Positions 36,885 through 46,266 of a DNA stretch of 64,000 nucleotides are shown here, piece by piece; position 1 is the stretch's first letter, and the number at the start of each line of letters is the position of its first letter. The stretch spans positions 333 through 64,332 of the forward strand of contig JBNJDM010000003.1 of the NCBI GenBank assembly GCA_051744925.1, read 5' to 3'. The notes under the pieces are model-generated. The model saw nothing but the letters and a program-made list of their open reading frames with translations. It had not been told where the DNA came from and did not search any database. The DNA comes from Thermodesulfobacteriota bacterium (GTDB taxonomy: Bacteria > Desulfobacterota > Desulfobacteria > Desulfobacterales > JACKCP01). A program made the translations under genes and the position numbers.

Positions 36885-39800
36885 TCAGTTACCGATAAAA
36901 CTGCACCCTGGACCTGAAATCATGCTTCTGCCTCCGGATGCAGGTTCAATATTCAGCTGAAGAGGAACTGAATCCTTCAAAGCCTGAACATGGGAAATAA
37001 CACCTATTACCTTACCTTTGCTGTTAAGTTTTCCAAGACTTTCAAGCGCAGTTTCAAGGCTTTCATCATCAAGGGTTCCAAAACCTTCATCAAGAAAAAG
37101 TGAATCAACCTTTATATTTTTTCCTGCCATATTTGAAAGTCCAAGGGCAAGACAAAGACTTACAACAAAAGATTCTCCTCCTGAAAGATTTTTTGAAGAC
37201 CTTATTTCTCCGCCCTGATAATTGTCTATAACATTGAGTTCAAGGGGATTTGTTAAATCTCTTGTAAGAAGATACCTGTCAGTCATTTCCTGTAACTGTC
37301 GGTTTGCAAGATTTACCATTACTTCAAATGTAAGTCCCTGGGCAAAATTTCTGAATTTTTTCCCATCTGAAGAACCTATAAGTTCATGGAGATTATTCCA
37401 TTTTAAGCATTCTTTTTCCTGGTTTTTAATCTCTTCAATTTTTTCTTTGAATTTTATTTGATTTTCTTTGTTGCGGTTTAGGGCTGAATTAATTTCACCT
37501 TTTTTTTCATTAATAAAGGCAAGTTTATTATTATATTCCTCTTTTTCTTTTAAAAGATCTTTATAATCTTTTTCTGATTTATGATTTTGCTTTTCTTTTT
37601 CCAGAGTAATTTCAAGATTTGCTAAAACAGATTTTACATTTTCAATATTTTTATTATTTTCATCAATTTTATTCTTAAGATTTTTTCTTTCTTCCAGGGT
37701 AAGATAAGCTTCAAGATAATTTTTTTCAGAATCAAAACCTTTATTTTTAAGCTGTTTTACAAATTCTGATTCAAGTTCATTAATCTCTTTTTCAAGCTCT
37801 GATATATTTGTATGAATATCTTTTATTTTTTCTTTTGATAAATAATACATTTTTGATGCCTGATTATGTTTTTCAAAAGATTTATTAAAATCTGTTTCAG
37901 ATTTCAAAATTGAATTTTCAATATTTTTTTCTTCTGTATCAGGATCTTTATCACCAAAAATTTCTTTTCTTTCATAAACTAATTTTTCAAAATCAGAGTT
38001 TCTTTTTTCAAATAATTTTTTATTTTCTCCAAGCTCGTTTAATTTAGTTTCCTTTGCCTGATTATTAAGATCAATTTTTGAGCTTATTTTTTGAATTTCA
38101 TTTTTTATCTCAATTTCTGCTTCTTTTTTTTCATTCCATAAATCGTATCTTTTTTTAAGCATTGAAATTATTTCATCAGGATTTTTTTCATCAGGGCCTG
38201 ATACATCAATACCTTGAAGTTCTTTATAAATTGAATTTTTTGTATCTTTAATCTGTAAATCTAAATTTTGTTTTTCATCAGATATCCTTTTAATCTCATT
38301 TTTTGTATTTGTTATCTTATTATTAAGATCAATTTGTTGTTTTTCGGTTTCAGAATATTTTAAAGAAATTTTATCAAGCTCTTGCCTGCTAAGCTTTATA
38401 TAATTTTCTGTTTCATAAATATTTTTTATTTTTTTCTTATAATCCAAAGAGATTTTTTCAAGTAAATCTGTTTTTTCAGCAAGACCTTTTTCAATATTTT
38501 CAAAATCTATCTTTAATTTTTCAAGCAGCTCAAAATAGAGAGCTTTTTTATTTTCAGCTTCTGATTCAATCTCAGAAATTCTTATTTTTAAATTTTTAAT
38601 TTCCGAGTCGGTTGTAATTTTAGAAGCATTAAGTTCATCCAAGAAAACGGCTAATTTTTTTCTTTTATCTTTTTCAGTGTTTAATTTTTTTTCTTCATCA
38701 CTTTTTTCAGGGACACCTTGCTGCGAATAAGGATGCTTTGTTGAACCGCATAAAGGACAAGGTTTATTATGTTCAAGCTTTTTTCTTTCTTTTTCAAGAC
38801 TTTCAATTTTAGATAATAAAATAACCTGCTTTTCAAGAAGCTCTATTGTTTTATCGTAATTTAAAAGATTTATTTTTTCAAATTCAAGTTTTTGTATTAT
38901 TTCTGTTCTGGTTTTTTCAGCATTTTTAAGCTTATCTTTTAATTCATCTCGTTTTTTTAAAAGCTCTTTTTCTGCGCCTATTAATTCAAAAGATTTTTTA
39001 GCTGATTCATAATCGTTTTTTATTTTTTCAAGATATGAATTTAATTGCTCAGGAGTTTTTCCTTCAAGAAGGTTATAAAGTTTTTCATTTAAACTTGTTA
39101 ATTTTTTATTTTCAGATTCATAATCTTTTTTTATTTTTTCAAACTCTTGTGATTTTTTATTTAATTGTTTTTCAAACTCACCCAGACTTGATTTAAGTTC
39201 TGAAATTTCTCTATCTTTTGATGTTGCTGTTTGGGTATCTTTTTTTAAGGACTCTAAATAAGATGTTATTTTATAATAATTATTAATCAGTTTTTCATGA
39301 TTTTTATTTGCTTTTAAATACTCTTCTGTTTTTTTAAGCTCATTTTGTTTTTGCTTTAAATCTGTTTCATTTTGATTTTTTGCTTTAATTTCTTTTGATA
39401 AATCATGTTCTGATTTTTTAATCCGTTCTTCAATTGAATTTAAATCTTTTTGTATCTCTTTTAAAATAGTATCTTTTTTTCTTGCCTCATTTAATATTGC
39501 TAATTTCTGATTTTTATCTTTTTTTAAATTTTCAAGAACTATCTTTTTTTCATCACTGTCTTTTTTGGATGATTCATATTCTTTTTCATAAAACAAAAGA
39601 TCTTTTTTAAAAACTTCAAGATCTTTTAAATATTTATTGTAAGTTTTCCTTTTCAGATTCAGGTTATCATAAAATCTGTCAAGCTCAGCTGCTTTTTCAG
39701 CAAGTTCCAACTTTTCTTTTTCAGGCTTTAAAACTTCTTTTAAAGCGTTTAATGATTCAAGCTCTTTTTTCCTTTCTTCAATTTCAGTGTTAATTTTTTT

Positions 39801-40553
39801 TAAATTATCTATATGATTAATACTTTTTATAATATCATCAAAAATCTGTAAAACCGATTCATGCTCCTTATTTAAAGACTCAAGCTCTTCATAAAAAACC
39901 TTTTTTTGCTGATCATCAAAAATCTCAATTCCTTTAATCTGATTATTAAGGTTTTCCAGAAGTTGTGACTCTGATCTTTTTTTTTCATGAACTTTTACAG
40001 AAATTTCACTGTATATTTCAGTTCCTGTTATCTCTTCAAGAATCGGGGCTCTTTCACCCGGAGTTGCATCAAGAAATGCGGCAAAACCACCCTGGGCAAG
40101 AAGTGCAGACCTTGTAAATCTTTCAAAATCAAGTCCTGTTTTTTCCTTAACAGTAAAAGGAACTTTACTTAAACCTGTTTCAACAATTTCTCCTTTTTCA
40201 TTAAATATTTCATGCTTTGGCGGCTGAAGCTTTTCACCTGCTTTTTTTCTTGATCTGTGCTGAGCAAAAAAAGCTGTGAAAATCCCTTCTGATGATAAAA
40301 AAGTTACCTCGGAAAAACATTCTCCCTTTGTTCTTGACATGATTTCATTAAAAGATGATGTAATTTTTCCAAGCCTTGGGGTTTGTGCATAAAGTGCAAG
40401 TGTTACTGCATCAAGAACTGTTGATTTACCTGATCCTGTAGGTCCGGTTATGGCAAATATACCTTCGGCCTGATACGAACTTTCTTCAAAATCGATTGTC
40501 CACTCACCCTCAAGTGAATTTAAATTTTTAAATCTTAATTTTAAAATTTTCAT
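36885..40553 (-). CDS. sbcC: Exonuclease SbcC (SMC-like ATPase)
   Basis: 1222 aa. Walker A GPTGSGKST, a long coiled coil with zinc hook CPLCGS, and C-terminal signature LSGGE plus Walker B LFLDEGFG. Confidence 0.9.
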   Translation of the reverse strand: MKILKLRFKNLNSLEGEWTIDFEESSYQAEGIFAITGPTGSGKSTVLDAVTLALYAQTPRLGKITSSFNEIMSRTKGECFSEVTFLSSEGIFTAFFAQHRSRKKAGEKLQPPKHEIFNEKGEIVETGLSKVPFTVKEKTGLDFERFTRSALLAQGGFAAFLDATPGERAPILEEITGTEIYSEISVKVHEKKRSESQLLENLNNQIKGIEIFDDQQKKVFYEELESLNKEHESVLQIFDDIIKSINHIDNLKKINTEIEERKKELESLNALKEVLKPEKEKLELAEKAAELDRFYDNLNLKRKTYNKYLKDLEVFKKDLLFYEKEYESSKKDSDEKKIVLENLKKDKNQKLAILNEARKKDTILKEIQKDLNSIEERIKKSEHDLSKEIKAKNQNETDLKQKQNELKKTEEYLKANKNHEKLINNYYKITSYLESLKKDTQTATSKDREISELKSSLGEFEKQLNKKSQEFEKIKKDYESENKKLTSLNEKLYNLLEGKTPEQLNSYLEKIKNDYESAKKSFELIGAEKELLKKRDELKDKLKNAEKTRTEIIQKLEFEKINLLNYDKTIELLEKQVILLSKIESLEKERKKLEHNKPCPLCGSTKHPYSQQGVPEKSDEEKKLNTEKDKRKKLAVFLDELNASKITTDSEIKNLKIRISEIESEAENKKALYFELLEKLKIDFENIEKGLAEKTDLLEKISLDYKKKIKNIYETENYIKLSRQELDKISLKYSETEKQQIDLNNKITNTKNEIKRISDEKQNLDLQIKDTKNSIYKELQGIDVSGPDEKNPDEIISMLKKRYDLWNEKKEAEIEIKNEIQKISSKIDLNNQAKETKLNELGENKKLFEKRNSDFEKLVYERKEIFGDKDPDTEEKNIENSILKSETDFNKSFEKHNQASKMYYLSKEKIKDIHTNISELEKEINELESEFVKQLKNKGFDSEKNYLEAYLTLEERKNLKNKIDENNKNIENVKSVLANLEITLEKEKQNHKSEKDYKDLLKEKEEYNNKLAFINEKKGEINSALNRNKENQIKFKEKIEEIKNQEKECLKWNNLHELIGSSDGKKFRNFAQGLTFEVMVNLANRQLQEMTDRYLLTRDLTNPLELNVIDNYQGGEIRSSKNLSGGESFVVSLCLALGLSNMAGKNIKVDSLFLDEGFGTLDDESLETALESLGKLNSKGKVIGVISHVQALKDSVPLQLNIEPASGGRSMISGPGCSFIGN

Positions 40554-40555
40554 AT

Positions 40556-41782
40556 TCAGTCTGCATTCTTGTCTTCTTCATAAATTAAATTTACAATTTC
40601 TTTATAAGCCTGTTTAAGCTCAGGCCTTGATTTTTCAGGAATTTCATTTGAATCAAGGCATTTATCAAAAACCTCGAATACATCAAGTTCTTCAAGAACC
40701 TGATCTTTTTCACTGTCTGATTCAATTTTTTCAGCTATTTTTTTATTTTTGATTCTTACTATATCAACCTCTGATCCTTTTACTATATCTTCAGTTCTTT
40801 GCCTTAAATCTGCCCGTAATTCATTATCTTCATAAATAACTTCTGCAAAACAATTTTCGTTTTTACTTACAAGCTCTGAAAGATTTGAGTTTATTTGGTC
40901 AAAATTTCCTTTAACAGAATAAAGCTTTTTAAATACAGGGATTTCAATTTCTTTTATATCAGTTGAATCATCTGTAAATTCAACCATAATAACCTTTTTT
41001 TTCTGATTTGCTTCATTAAAGCCCATTGGAAGAGGAGAACCACTGTATCTGAAATTATTAAGACTTTTAATTTTTTGTGGAATATGAAGATGGCCAAGTG
41101 CAAGATAATCTATCTCTTCAGGAAAGCTGTCAAGTCCTATATGTCCTATTGAACCTGCATAAAGCTCCCTTACACCGTCATCAGAATAAGTCAGTCCGCC
41201 TGTGGCAAAAAGATGACCTGTAGCAATTATAGGGATATTTCCACCATTTTCTTCTCTGATTTTTAAAGCGTATTCAACAGCTTTTTGATAATGGGATTTT
41301 ATACCTTCAGTTATTTTCTTTTCTTTATCACCAAGCGACTCTCCGCTTTGCGCAGTTCTTACATCCCTGTCCCTGAGATATGGTACACAGCAGAAAACCG
41401 CTTTTTCACTTTTTTTATTTTCAAGAAGAATTACTTCCTTTGAAATATCAGATTCAGCCTCACCAAATACATGAACTCCAAGATTATCTAATATAGCTCT
41501 CGGAGCATTGAGAAGGGTTGGTGAATCATGGTTCCCGCCTATAATAATTATATGGGAACAATCTGTTTTTAAAAGATCTCTTAAAAAATTATAATATATT
41601 TCAAGTGATCTGTTTCCCGGAGTTGTATTATCAAATATATCCCCTGCAGCTACAACAATATCTATTTTATTTTCATCAACAATTCTTACAAGCCACCCAA
41701 GAAACATTTCAAATTCTTCATATCTTTTTCTTGAATACAGCCTTCTGCCTATATGCCAGTCTGAAGTGTGGAGAATTTTCAT
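40556..41782 (-). CDS. sbcD: Exonuclease SbcD (Mre11-type nuclease)
   Basis: 408 aa with HTSDWH, GDIFD, GNHD and GHLH motifs. Confidence 0.9.
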   Translation of the reverse strand: MKILHTSDWHIGRRLYSRKRYEEFEMFLGWLVRIVDENKIDIVVAAGDIFDNTTPGNRSLEIYYNFLRDLLKTDCSHIIIIGGNHDSPTLLNAPRAILDNLGVHVFGEAESDISKEVILLENKKSEKAVFCCVPYLRDRDVRTAQSGESLGDKEKKITEGIKSHYQKAVEYALKIREENGGNIPIIATGHLFATGGLTYSDDGVRELYAGSIGHIGLDSFPEEIDYLALGHLHIPQKIKSLNNFRYSGSPLPMGFNEANQKKKVIMVEFTDDSTDIKEIEIPVFKKLYSVKGNFDQINSNLSELVSKNENCFAEVIYEDNELRADLRQRTEDIVKGSEVDIVRIKNKKIAEKIESDSEKDQVLEELDVFEVFDKCLDSNEIPEKSRPELKQAYKEIVNLIYEEDKNAD

Positions 41783-41885
41783 TTTTTCCCAATATTTTTC
41801 AGTTCATAATTTTTTTAATTGATGATTTGATAAGTTCTCTTTAGAATCTTTTAAAGAATAATTCTATATAACAGGAGCTGATTGG

Positions 41886-42572
41886 ATGATCAAAGATATT
41901 AATAATGAATTAACAAATCATATTTTTTCTGTTCTTAACTCTGATATAAAATATTTCCTTGATATCGGATGCGGTGATGGGGATTTAACCGCAAAAATAT
42001 CAGAAAAATGCAGATTCACAGCTGGTATAGAACCTGATTTTAAAAAAATTAGTCATACAAACAAAAAATCCTCAGACAAACTTTTTTTTCTTGTTAATAC
42101 AGGTACAGAACTTTCATTTAATGACTCATCATTTGATATGGTTTTATTTTGTCAGTCTCTTCATCATATTCCTTCTGACATGCAAAATTATGCCCTTAAA
42201 GAGGCAGACAGAGTTCTTAAAAAAAACGGAATTATGCTTATAATTGAACCTTTGTACAACACAGGACTTTACGGAGAACTTGTTGCTCTTCTGAATAATG
42301 AAAAAGAACTTAAAGCAAATGCACTCAAGGAAACAAAAAAACTTGAAAAACAAAGCTACACCCCTGTTTTTGAAAAACAGCTTAAAATAGATTTTCTCAT
42401 AAACGGATTTGATGATTTTTATAATTCCAAAGTAGAAAACAAACCGGGTATTAACTGGAATAAAAATATTGAATCAGATGCAAAAAAAATTATTGCAAAA
42501 GGAGAGAAAAAAAATAACGGCAAAATTATAATCGACTATTTTATCAATTCTTTTTGTTTTAAAAAAAATTAA
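41886..42572 (+). CDS. Class I SAM-dependent methyltransferase
   Basis: 228 aa. Motif I LDIGCGDG. RBS AGGAG. Confidence 0.75.
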   Translation: MIKDINNELTNHIFSVLNSDIKYFLDIGCGDGDLTAKISEKCRFTAGIEPDFKKISHTNKKSSDKLFFLVNTGTELSFNDSSFDMVLFCQSLHHIPSDMQNYALKEADRVLKKNGIMLIIEPLYNTGLYGELVALLNNEKELKANALKETKKLEKQSYTPVFEKQLKIDFLINGFDDFYNSKVENKPGINWNKNIESDAKKIIAKGEKKNNGKIIIDYFINSFCFKKN

Positions 42573-42613
42573 ATTTTTTTTAAAATTGTGCTTCTTGTTT
42601 AAATTAAAATGTA

Positions 42614-42646
42614 GTGTAATTATTACACATAGGGTAATAATTACCC
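42614..42646. promoter_or_regulatory. Tandem 15-bp palindromes GTGTAAT-t-ATTACAC and GGGTAAT-a-ATTACCC (candidate enhancer/UAS)
   Basis: Both are perfect (42614-42628 and 42632-42646). Centred about 95 bp upstream of the sigma54 -24 element at 42725. Confidence 0.45.
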
Positions 42647-42723
42647 GCAAAAAACTGTAACAAAAATACTTAGTACAAAACATTAAATTTTATTTTTAGT
42701 TATATTTCAAGAATTTATAGACA

Positions 42724-42739
42724 TGGCATAAAATTTGTA
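42724..42739 (+). promoter_or_regulatory. Sigma54-type promoter TGGCAT-N5-TTGTA with no downstream ORF
   Basis: Same hexamers and spacing as the element at 19551. Confidence 0.5.
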
Positions 42740-42749
42740 TTATATAGTA

Positions 42750-42864
42750 CAAATGGTTAAATAATTATCAGCTTAAGCAGCATAATAAAAAGCAGATAAG
42801 CAAATTTTTCATTGTTCTCCTTCTTAAAGACCCCCTGATGAAAATCAGGGGGTTATTTTTTTTT
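42750..42864 (+). ncRNA. Candidate sigma54-dependent small RNA (~115 nt; 5' end estimated)
   Basis: Bounded by the sigma54 promoter and an intrinsic terminator. The only ORF is ATGGTTAAATAA. Contains the CU-rich tract TTCTCCTTCTT (42815-42825). Confidence 0.35.
42831..42864 (+). terminator. Intrinsic terminator
   Basis: CCCCCTGAT-gaaa-ATCAGGGGG, a 9-bp perfect stem with a GAAA loop, followed by TTATTTTTTTTT. Confidence 0.8.
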
Positions 42865-43055
42865 AAAAAATTATTTAAAAAAAACTTTTTTTTTAAAATA
42901 AAAACAAGTATAGTATTTAAAATTAATAACAGAAAACAATATTTGTTTTCTAAAGAAGGGTTCTCTCCTAAGATCTAATCTTAATAATAAATTAGAATTT
43001 TCTTAAGAATGTAATCCAGCAACAATCAAAATGTAATAATTTAAGGAAAAAGTTA

Positions 43056-43256
43056 ATGGCAAACGGAATTGTAAAGTGGTTCAACGAGAGTAAAGGTTAT
43101 GGTTTTATTGAGCAGGAAGAAGGATCAGATGTTTTTGTTCACCATACAGGAATAAACATGGACGGATTTAAGACTCTTGCAGAAGGTCAGAGAGTAGTAT
43201 TTGACGTTGCAGAGGGTCCAAAAGGAAAAAATGCTGTAAATGTAACTCCTCAGTAG
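43056..43256 (+). CDS. cspA: Cold-shock protein (CspA family)
   Basis: 66 aa with [12 protein letters not shown] and VFVHH RNP motifs. Confidence 0.95.
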   Translation: MANGIVKWFNESKGYGFIEQEEGSDVFVHHTGINMDGFKTLAEGQRVVFDVAEGPKGKNAVNVTPQ

Positions 43257-43282
43257 CATTTTTTTATAGCAATAAAGATTTT

Positions 43283-43316
43283 AAAGCGCCTTTTTTTTTA
43301 AAGGCGCTTTTTTTTT
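43283..43316 (+). terminator. Intrinsic terminator after csp
   Basis: AAAGCGCC...GGCGCTTT followed by a T-run. Confidence 0.7.
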
Positions 43317-43400
43317 GCGTAAATTCAAGAATAATTTTTAACAGTAAATTCTAAACTTAATATCAGTGCAGCTTGAAAATCGTTTAATTTAAGTATAACC

Positions 43401-43416
43401 TTGCAAAACAGAATTT
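43401..43416 (+). repeat. Partial copy G of the dispersed motif (TTGCAAAACAGAATTT)
   Basis: Matches the 5' half of copies C and D. Overlaps the -35 box of the promoter below. Confidence 0.3.
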
Positions 43417-43444
43417 GACATTTGCACAAAAAAAATTCTAATAT
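43415..43444 (+). promoter_or_regulatory. Sigma70-type promoter TTGACA-N18-TAATAT
   Basis: Read directly, about 30 nt upstream of the NIL-ferredoxin start. Confidence 0.5.
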
Positions 43445-43473
43445 TTTTCTTTTATTTGAACGGAGGTTATAAA

Positions 43474-43899
43474 TTGGTTTCAAAAATACTGATATTAAGG
43501 TTTCCCGGAGATCTTACACATAAAGCTCTTGTTTGTAATCTTGTCAAAAGATTTGATCTTACTTTTGCAATACTTCATGCAGAAATTTTTCCCAGAAAAG
43601 AAGGGCTTCTTATTATAGAACTTTCAGGGAGAAAAGACCATTTTGAAGATGGTGTTGAATACTTAAAATCACGCGGTGTAATTGTAAAAACTGCAGATCA
43701 GGAGATTACACGTGACGAGGAAAAATGTATTCACTGCGGAGCCTGTACTGCTGTTTGTCCGACACAGGCGCTTTTTATAAAAAGACCTGAAATGTTTGTT
43801 GAGTTTGATCAGGAAAAGTGTACTGTCTGCGAGTTATGCGTACTTACCTGCCCTGTAAAGGCTATGATTGTAAGCCCAAAAAATGAGCATTTTTTTTAG
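43474..43899 (+). CDS. NIL-domain protein fused to a 2x[4Fe-4S] ferredoxin domain
   Basis: Track start 43456 is a TTG overlapping the RBS. I prefer the TTG at 43474, 7 nt after GGAGG. Cluster motifs CIHCGACTAVCP and CTVCELCVLTCP. Confidence 0.75.
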   Translation: MVSKILILRFPGDLTHKALVCNLVKRFDLTFAILHAEIFPRKEGLLIIELSGRKDHFEDGVEYLKSRGVIVKTADQEITRDEEKCIHCGACTAVCPTQALFIKRPEMFVEFDQEKCTVCELCVLTCPVKAMIVSPKNEHFF

Positions 43900-43901
43900 C
43901 A

Positions 43902-44963
43902 ATGAGTAAAACAAAAATTGCAGCTGCAGTAAGCGGAGGCATAGACTCTCTTGTTGCTGCTTTTATTTTAAAAAAAAAATATGATGTAACAGGAATTCAT
44001 TTTTTTACAGGTTATGAATCCCGGAAAAAATCTCATATAAAATCCGAGATAGAAAAGATGTGTAAACATATTGATATTCCTGTTTTTTTTGTTGATATTA
44101 CAAATGAATTCAACGAAAAAGTTGTATCATATTTTAAAAATTCATACCTGAGGGGTTATACTCCTAACCCATGTCTTATATGCAATCCATTTATAAAATT
44201 TTCGCTTATTCCAAAAAAAGCAGAAGAACTTGGAATAGATAAAATTGCAACAGGCCACTATGTAAGAACTATAAAAGATAATACCGGTAATATATATATT
44301 TCAAAAGGAATGGATGAATCAAAAGACCAGTCTTATTTTTTATCAATGGTTAAACCGGATGATTTAAAAAAAGCCGTATTTCCACTTGGTACACTTAAAA
44401 AAAGTCAGGTAAGAAAAATTGCAGATAACTTCGGGCTTTACCCTGTTGAAAAAAAGGAAAGCCAGGATATCTGTTTTATTAAGAATAAAGACTACAAGGA
44501 TTTTCTTAAAAAAGATAAATCTTTTACTTTTAAAAAAGGCGATATAAAAGACATAACAGGTAAAAAAATCGGAACACACAACGGTGTTTTTAATTTTACA
44601 ATAGGCCAGAGAAAAGGGATCAACTGTCCCGGGCCTTATCCTTATTATGTAACTGAAATAATACCTGAAAAAAACCTTGTAATCACAGGCTCAAAAGAAG
44701 ATCTTTGTTCTGATTATCTTTTTGCAAAAGATTTAAACTGGTTTAAATCACCTGAATTTCCCGTATATGCTAAGGTTAAAATCAGATATTCACACACTCC
44801 CCAGAAGGCTTTCATTGAAAAACCTGATAATAAAAACAGGGTTAAAATAATATTTTCTTCACCTGTAAAGTCTGTAGCTCCGGGACAGGGAGCTGTTTTT
44901 TATGATGATGAAGATAAAATAATTGGTGCAGGATATATATCAAAAGAAAATGAAAAAATTTAA
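43902..44963 (+). CDS. mnmA: tRNA 2-thiouridine(34) synthase
   Basis: 353 aa. PP-loop AAVSGGIDS, catalytic Cys context NPCLICN and ATGHY. Confidence 0.9.
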   Translation: MSKTKIAAAVSGGIDSLVAAFILKKKYDVTGIHFFTGYESRKKSHIKSEIEKMCKHIDIPVFFVDITNEFNEKVVSYFKNSYLRGYTPNPCLICNPFIKFSLIPKKAEELGIDKIATGHYVRTIKDNTGNIYISKGMDESKDQSYFLSMVKPDDLKKAVFPLGTLKKSQVRKIADNFGLYPVEKKESQDICFIKNKDYKDFLKKDKSFTFKKGDIKDITGKKIGTHNGVFNFTIGQRKGINCPGPYPYYVTEIIPEKNLVITGSKEDLCSDYLFAKDLNWFKSPEFPVYAKVKIRYSHTPQKAFIEKPDNKNRVKIIFSSPVKSVAPGQGAVFYDDEDKIIGAGYISKENEKI

Positions 44964-46245
44964 ATCAATAACTCTTGGCTGCAAATGTAATCAGTTTGAA
45001 TCCGATTCAATAGCAATGCAGCTTAAAAATAAAAACTTTGAATACTCCGACTCAGAACCTGATATTGTTATTGTAAATACCTGTACAGTTACTTCCAGAG
45101 CCGGAGTTCAGTCAAGACAGGAAATTAGAAAAGAGTTAAGAAATAATCCGGATGTAAAAATTTATGTCACAGGATGTCACTGCCAGACACAGCCGGATGA
45201 AATAAAAAAAATCAGCCCTGATATTGTTTTAGTTCCCCAGGATAAAAAAAATTTAATTCCCGATCTTATTGAAAAAAATTATGACCTTAGTGGTGCTGAC
45301 GTAAACAGCGTTTGCACAGATCAGGTCTTCAGATTCATGCCCACAGGCAACTTTGAATCTAAAACACGGGCATATTTAAAGATCCAGGACGGATGCAATT
45401 CATTTTGCTCATATTGTATTATACCATATGCAAGGGGAAGAAGCAGAAGCATGGAGTTTGAAGTTGTGCTTCAGGAGCTTGAAAGGCTTAAAGAAAGCGG
45501 ATACAAAGAGATTGTTCTTACAGGGATTCATATAGGCCTTTACGGAAAAGACCTTAAAAACAAGACAGACTTTACCTCTCTGATCAAATATATTGCAAAG
45601 CGCAAAAACAATTACCCAAGACTTAGAATAAGTTCAATTGAACCAGATGAAATTACGGATGAAATAATCGAAATTGCATCTGAAGACAGTATTCTCTGCC
45701 CTCATTTTCATATTCCTTTTCAAAACGGTGACGATTATATTCTTAAAAAAATGAAAAGACCTTATTCTTCAAAATTTTTAAAAGATCTTACTTTAAAAAT
45801 AAAAAACAAAATTCCGGATGTTTCAATGGGAGCTGATATTCTTCTCGGTTTTCCTGGAGAGTCAGAAACCTGTTTTACAAACACTTATAATTTGCTTAAA
45901 GATCTTCCTGTTTCATATCTTCATGTTTTCCCTTTTTCTCCGAGAAAAAATACTCCTGCAGCAGAATTTAAAAATCAGGTAAACGGGAAAATTACAAAAC
46001 AAAGGTGTGAAATCACAAGAAATCTTGGTGAGGTTAAAAAAGAGGAATTTTACATGTCCCAGTCAGGGAAAAGAAAAAATATTCTTTTTGAAAATCAAAG
46101 AGATAAAAATACATCTCTTTTAAAAGGTTTTACACAAAATTATGTACAGGTTTTTTATAATGGTGAAGATGATCTTAAAAACCAGGTTACTGAATTAAAA
46201 ATGATTTATAATAAAGATAAACAGATAATGGAGGCAGAACTTTAA
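44950..46245 (+). CDS. mtaB: Radical-SAM methylthiotransferase (MtaB-like)
   Basis: I prefer the ATG at 44950 (MKKFKSITLGCKCNQFES), a 14-nt overlap with mnmA. Has the UPF0004 domain, the GCNSFCSYCIIPYARG cluster and a TRAM-like C-terminus. Confidence 0.8.
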   Translation: MKKFKSITLGCKCNQFESDSIAMQLKNKNFEYSDSEPDIVIVNTCTVTSRAGVQSRQEIRKELRNNPDVKIYVTGCHCQTQPDEIKKISPDIVLVPQDKKNLIPDLIEKNYDLSGADVNSVCTDQVFRFMPTGNFESKTRAYLKIQDGCNSFCSYCIIPYARGRSRSMEFEVVLQELERLKESGYKEIVLTGIHIGLYGKDLKNKTDFTSLIKYIAKRKNNYPRLRISSIEPDEITDEIIEIASEDSILCPHFHIPFQNGDDYILKKMKRPYSSKFLKDLTLKIKNKIPDVSMGADILLGFPGESETCFTNTYNLLKDLPVSYLHVFPFSPRKNTPAAEFKNQVNGKITKQRCEITRNLGEVKKEEFYMSQSGKRKNILFENQRDKNTSLLKGFTQNYVQVFYNGEDDLKNQVTELKMIYNKDKQIMEAEL

Positions 46246-46266
46246 AAACAAAAGCCTCAATTTAAT

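Noticed and set aside
37500-39950. Apparent repetitiveness (aaa/gaa/ttt-rich periodic sequence) that could be mistaken for tandem repeats or a CRISPR-like array
   Set aside because: It is the Lys/Glu-rich coiled-coil region of SbcC read on the opposite strand. There are no exact direct repeats with unique spacers.
36885-41782. sbcC/sbcD considered as a possible phage-defence SMC/nuclease module (Lamassu/Gabija-like)
   Set aside because: Both proteins carry the canonical housekeeping features: Mre11 phosphoesterase motifs, the Rad50-type zinc hook CPLCGS, and the usual sbcD-sbcC order and sizes. No additional effector genes are present.
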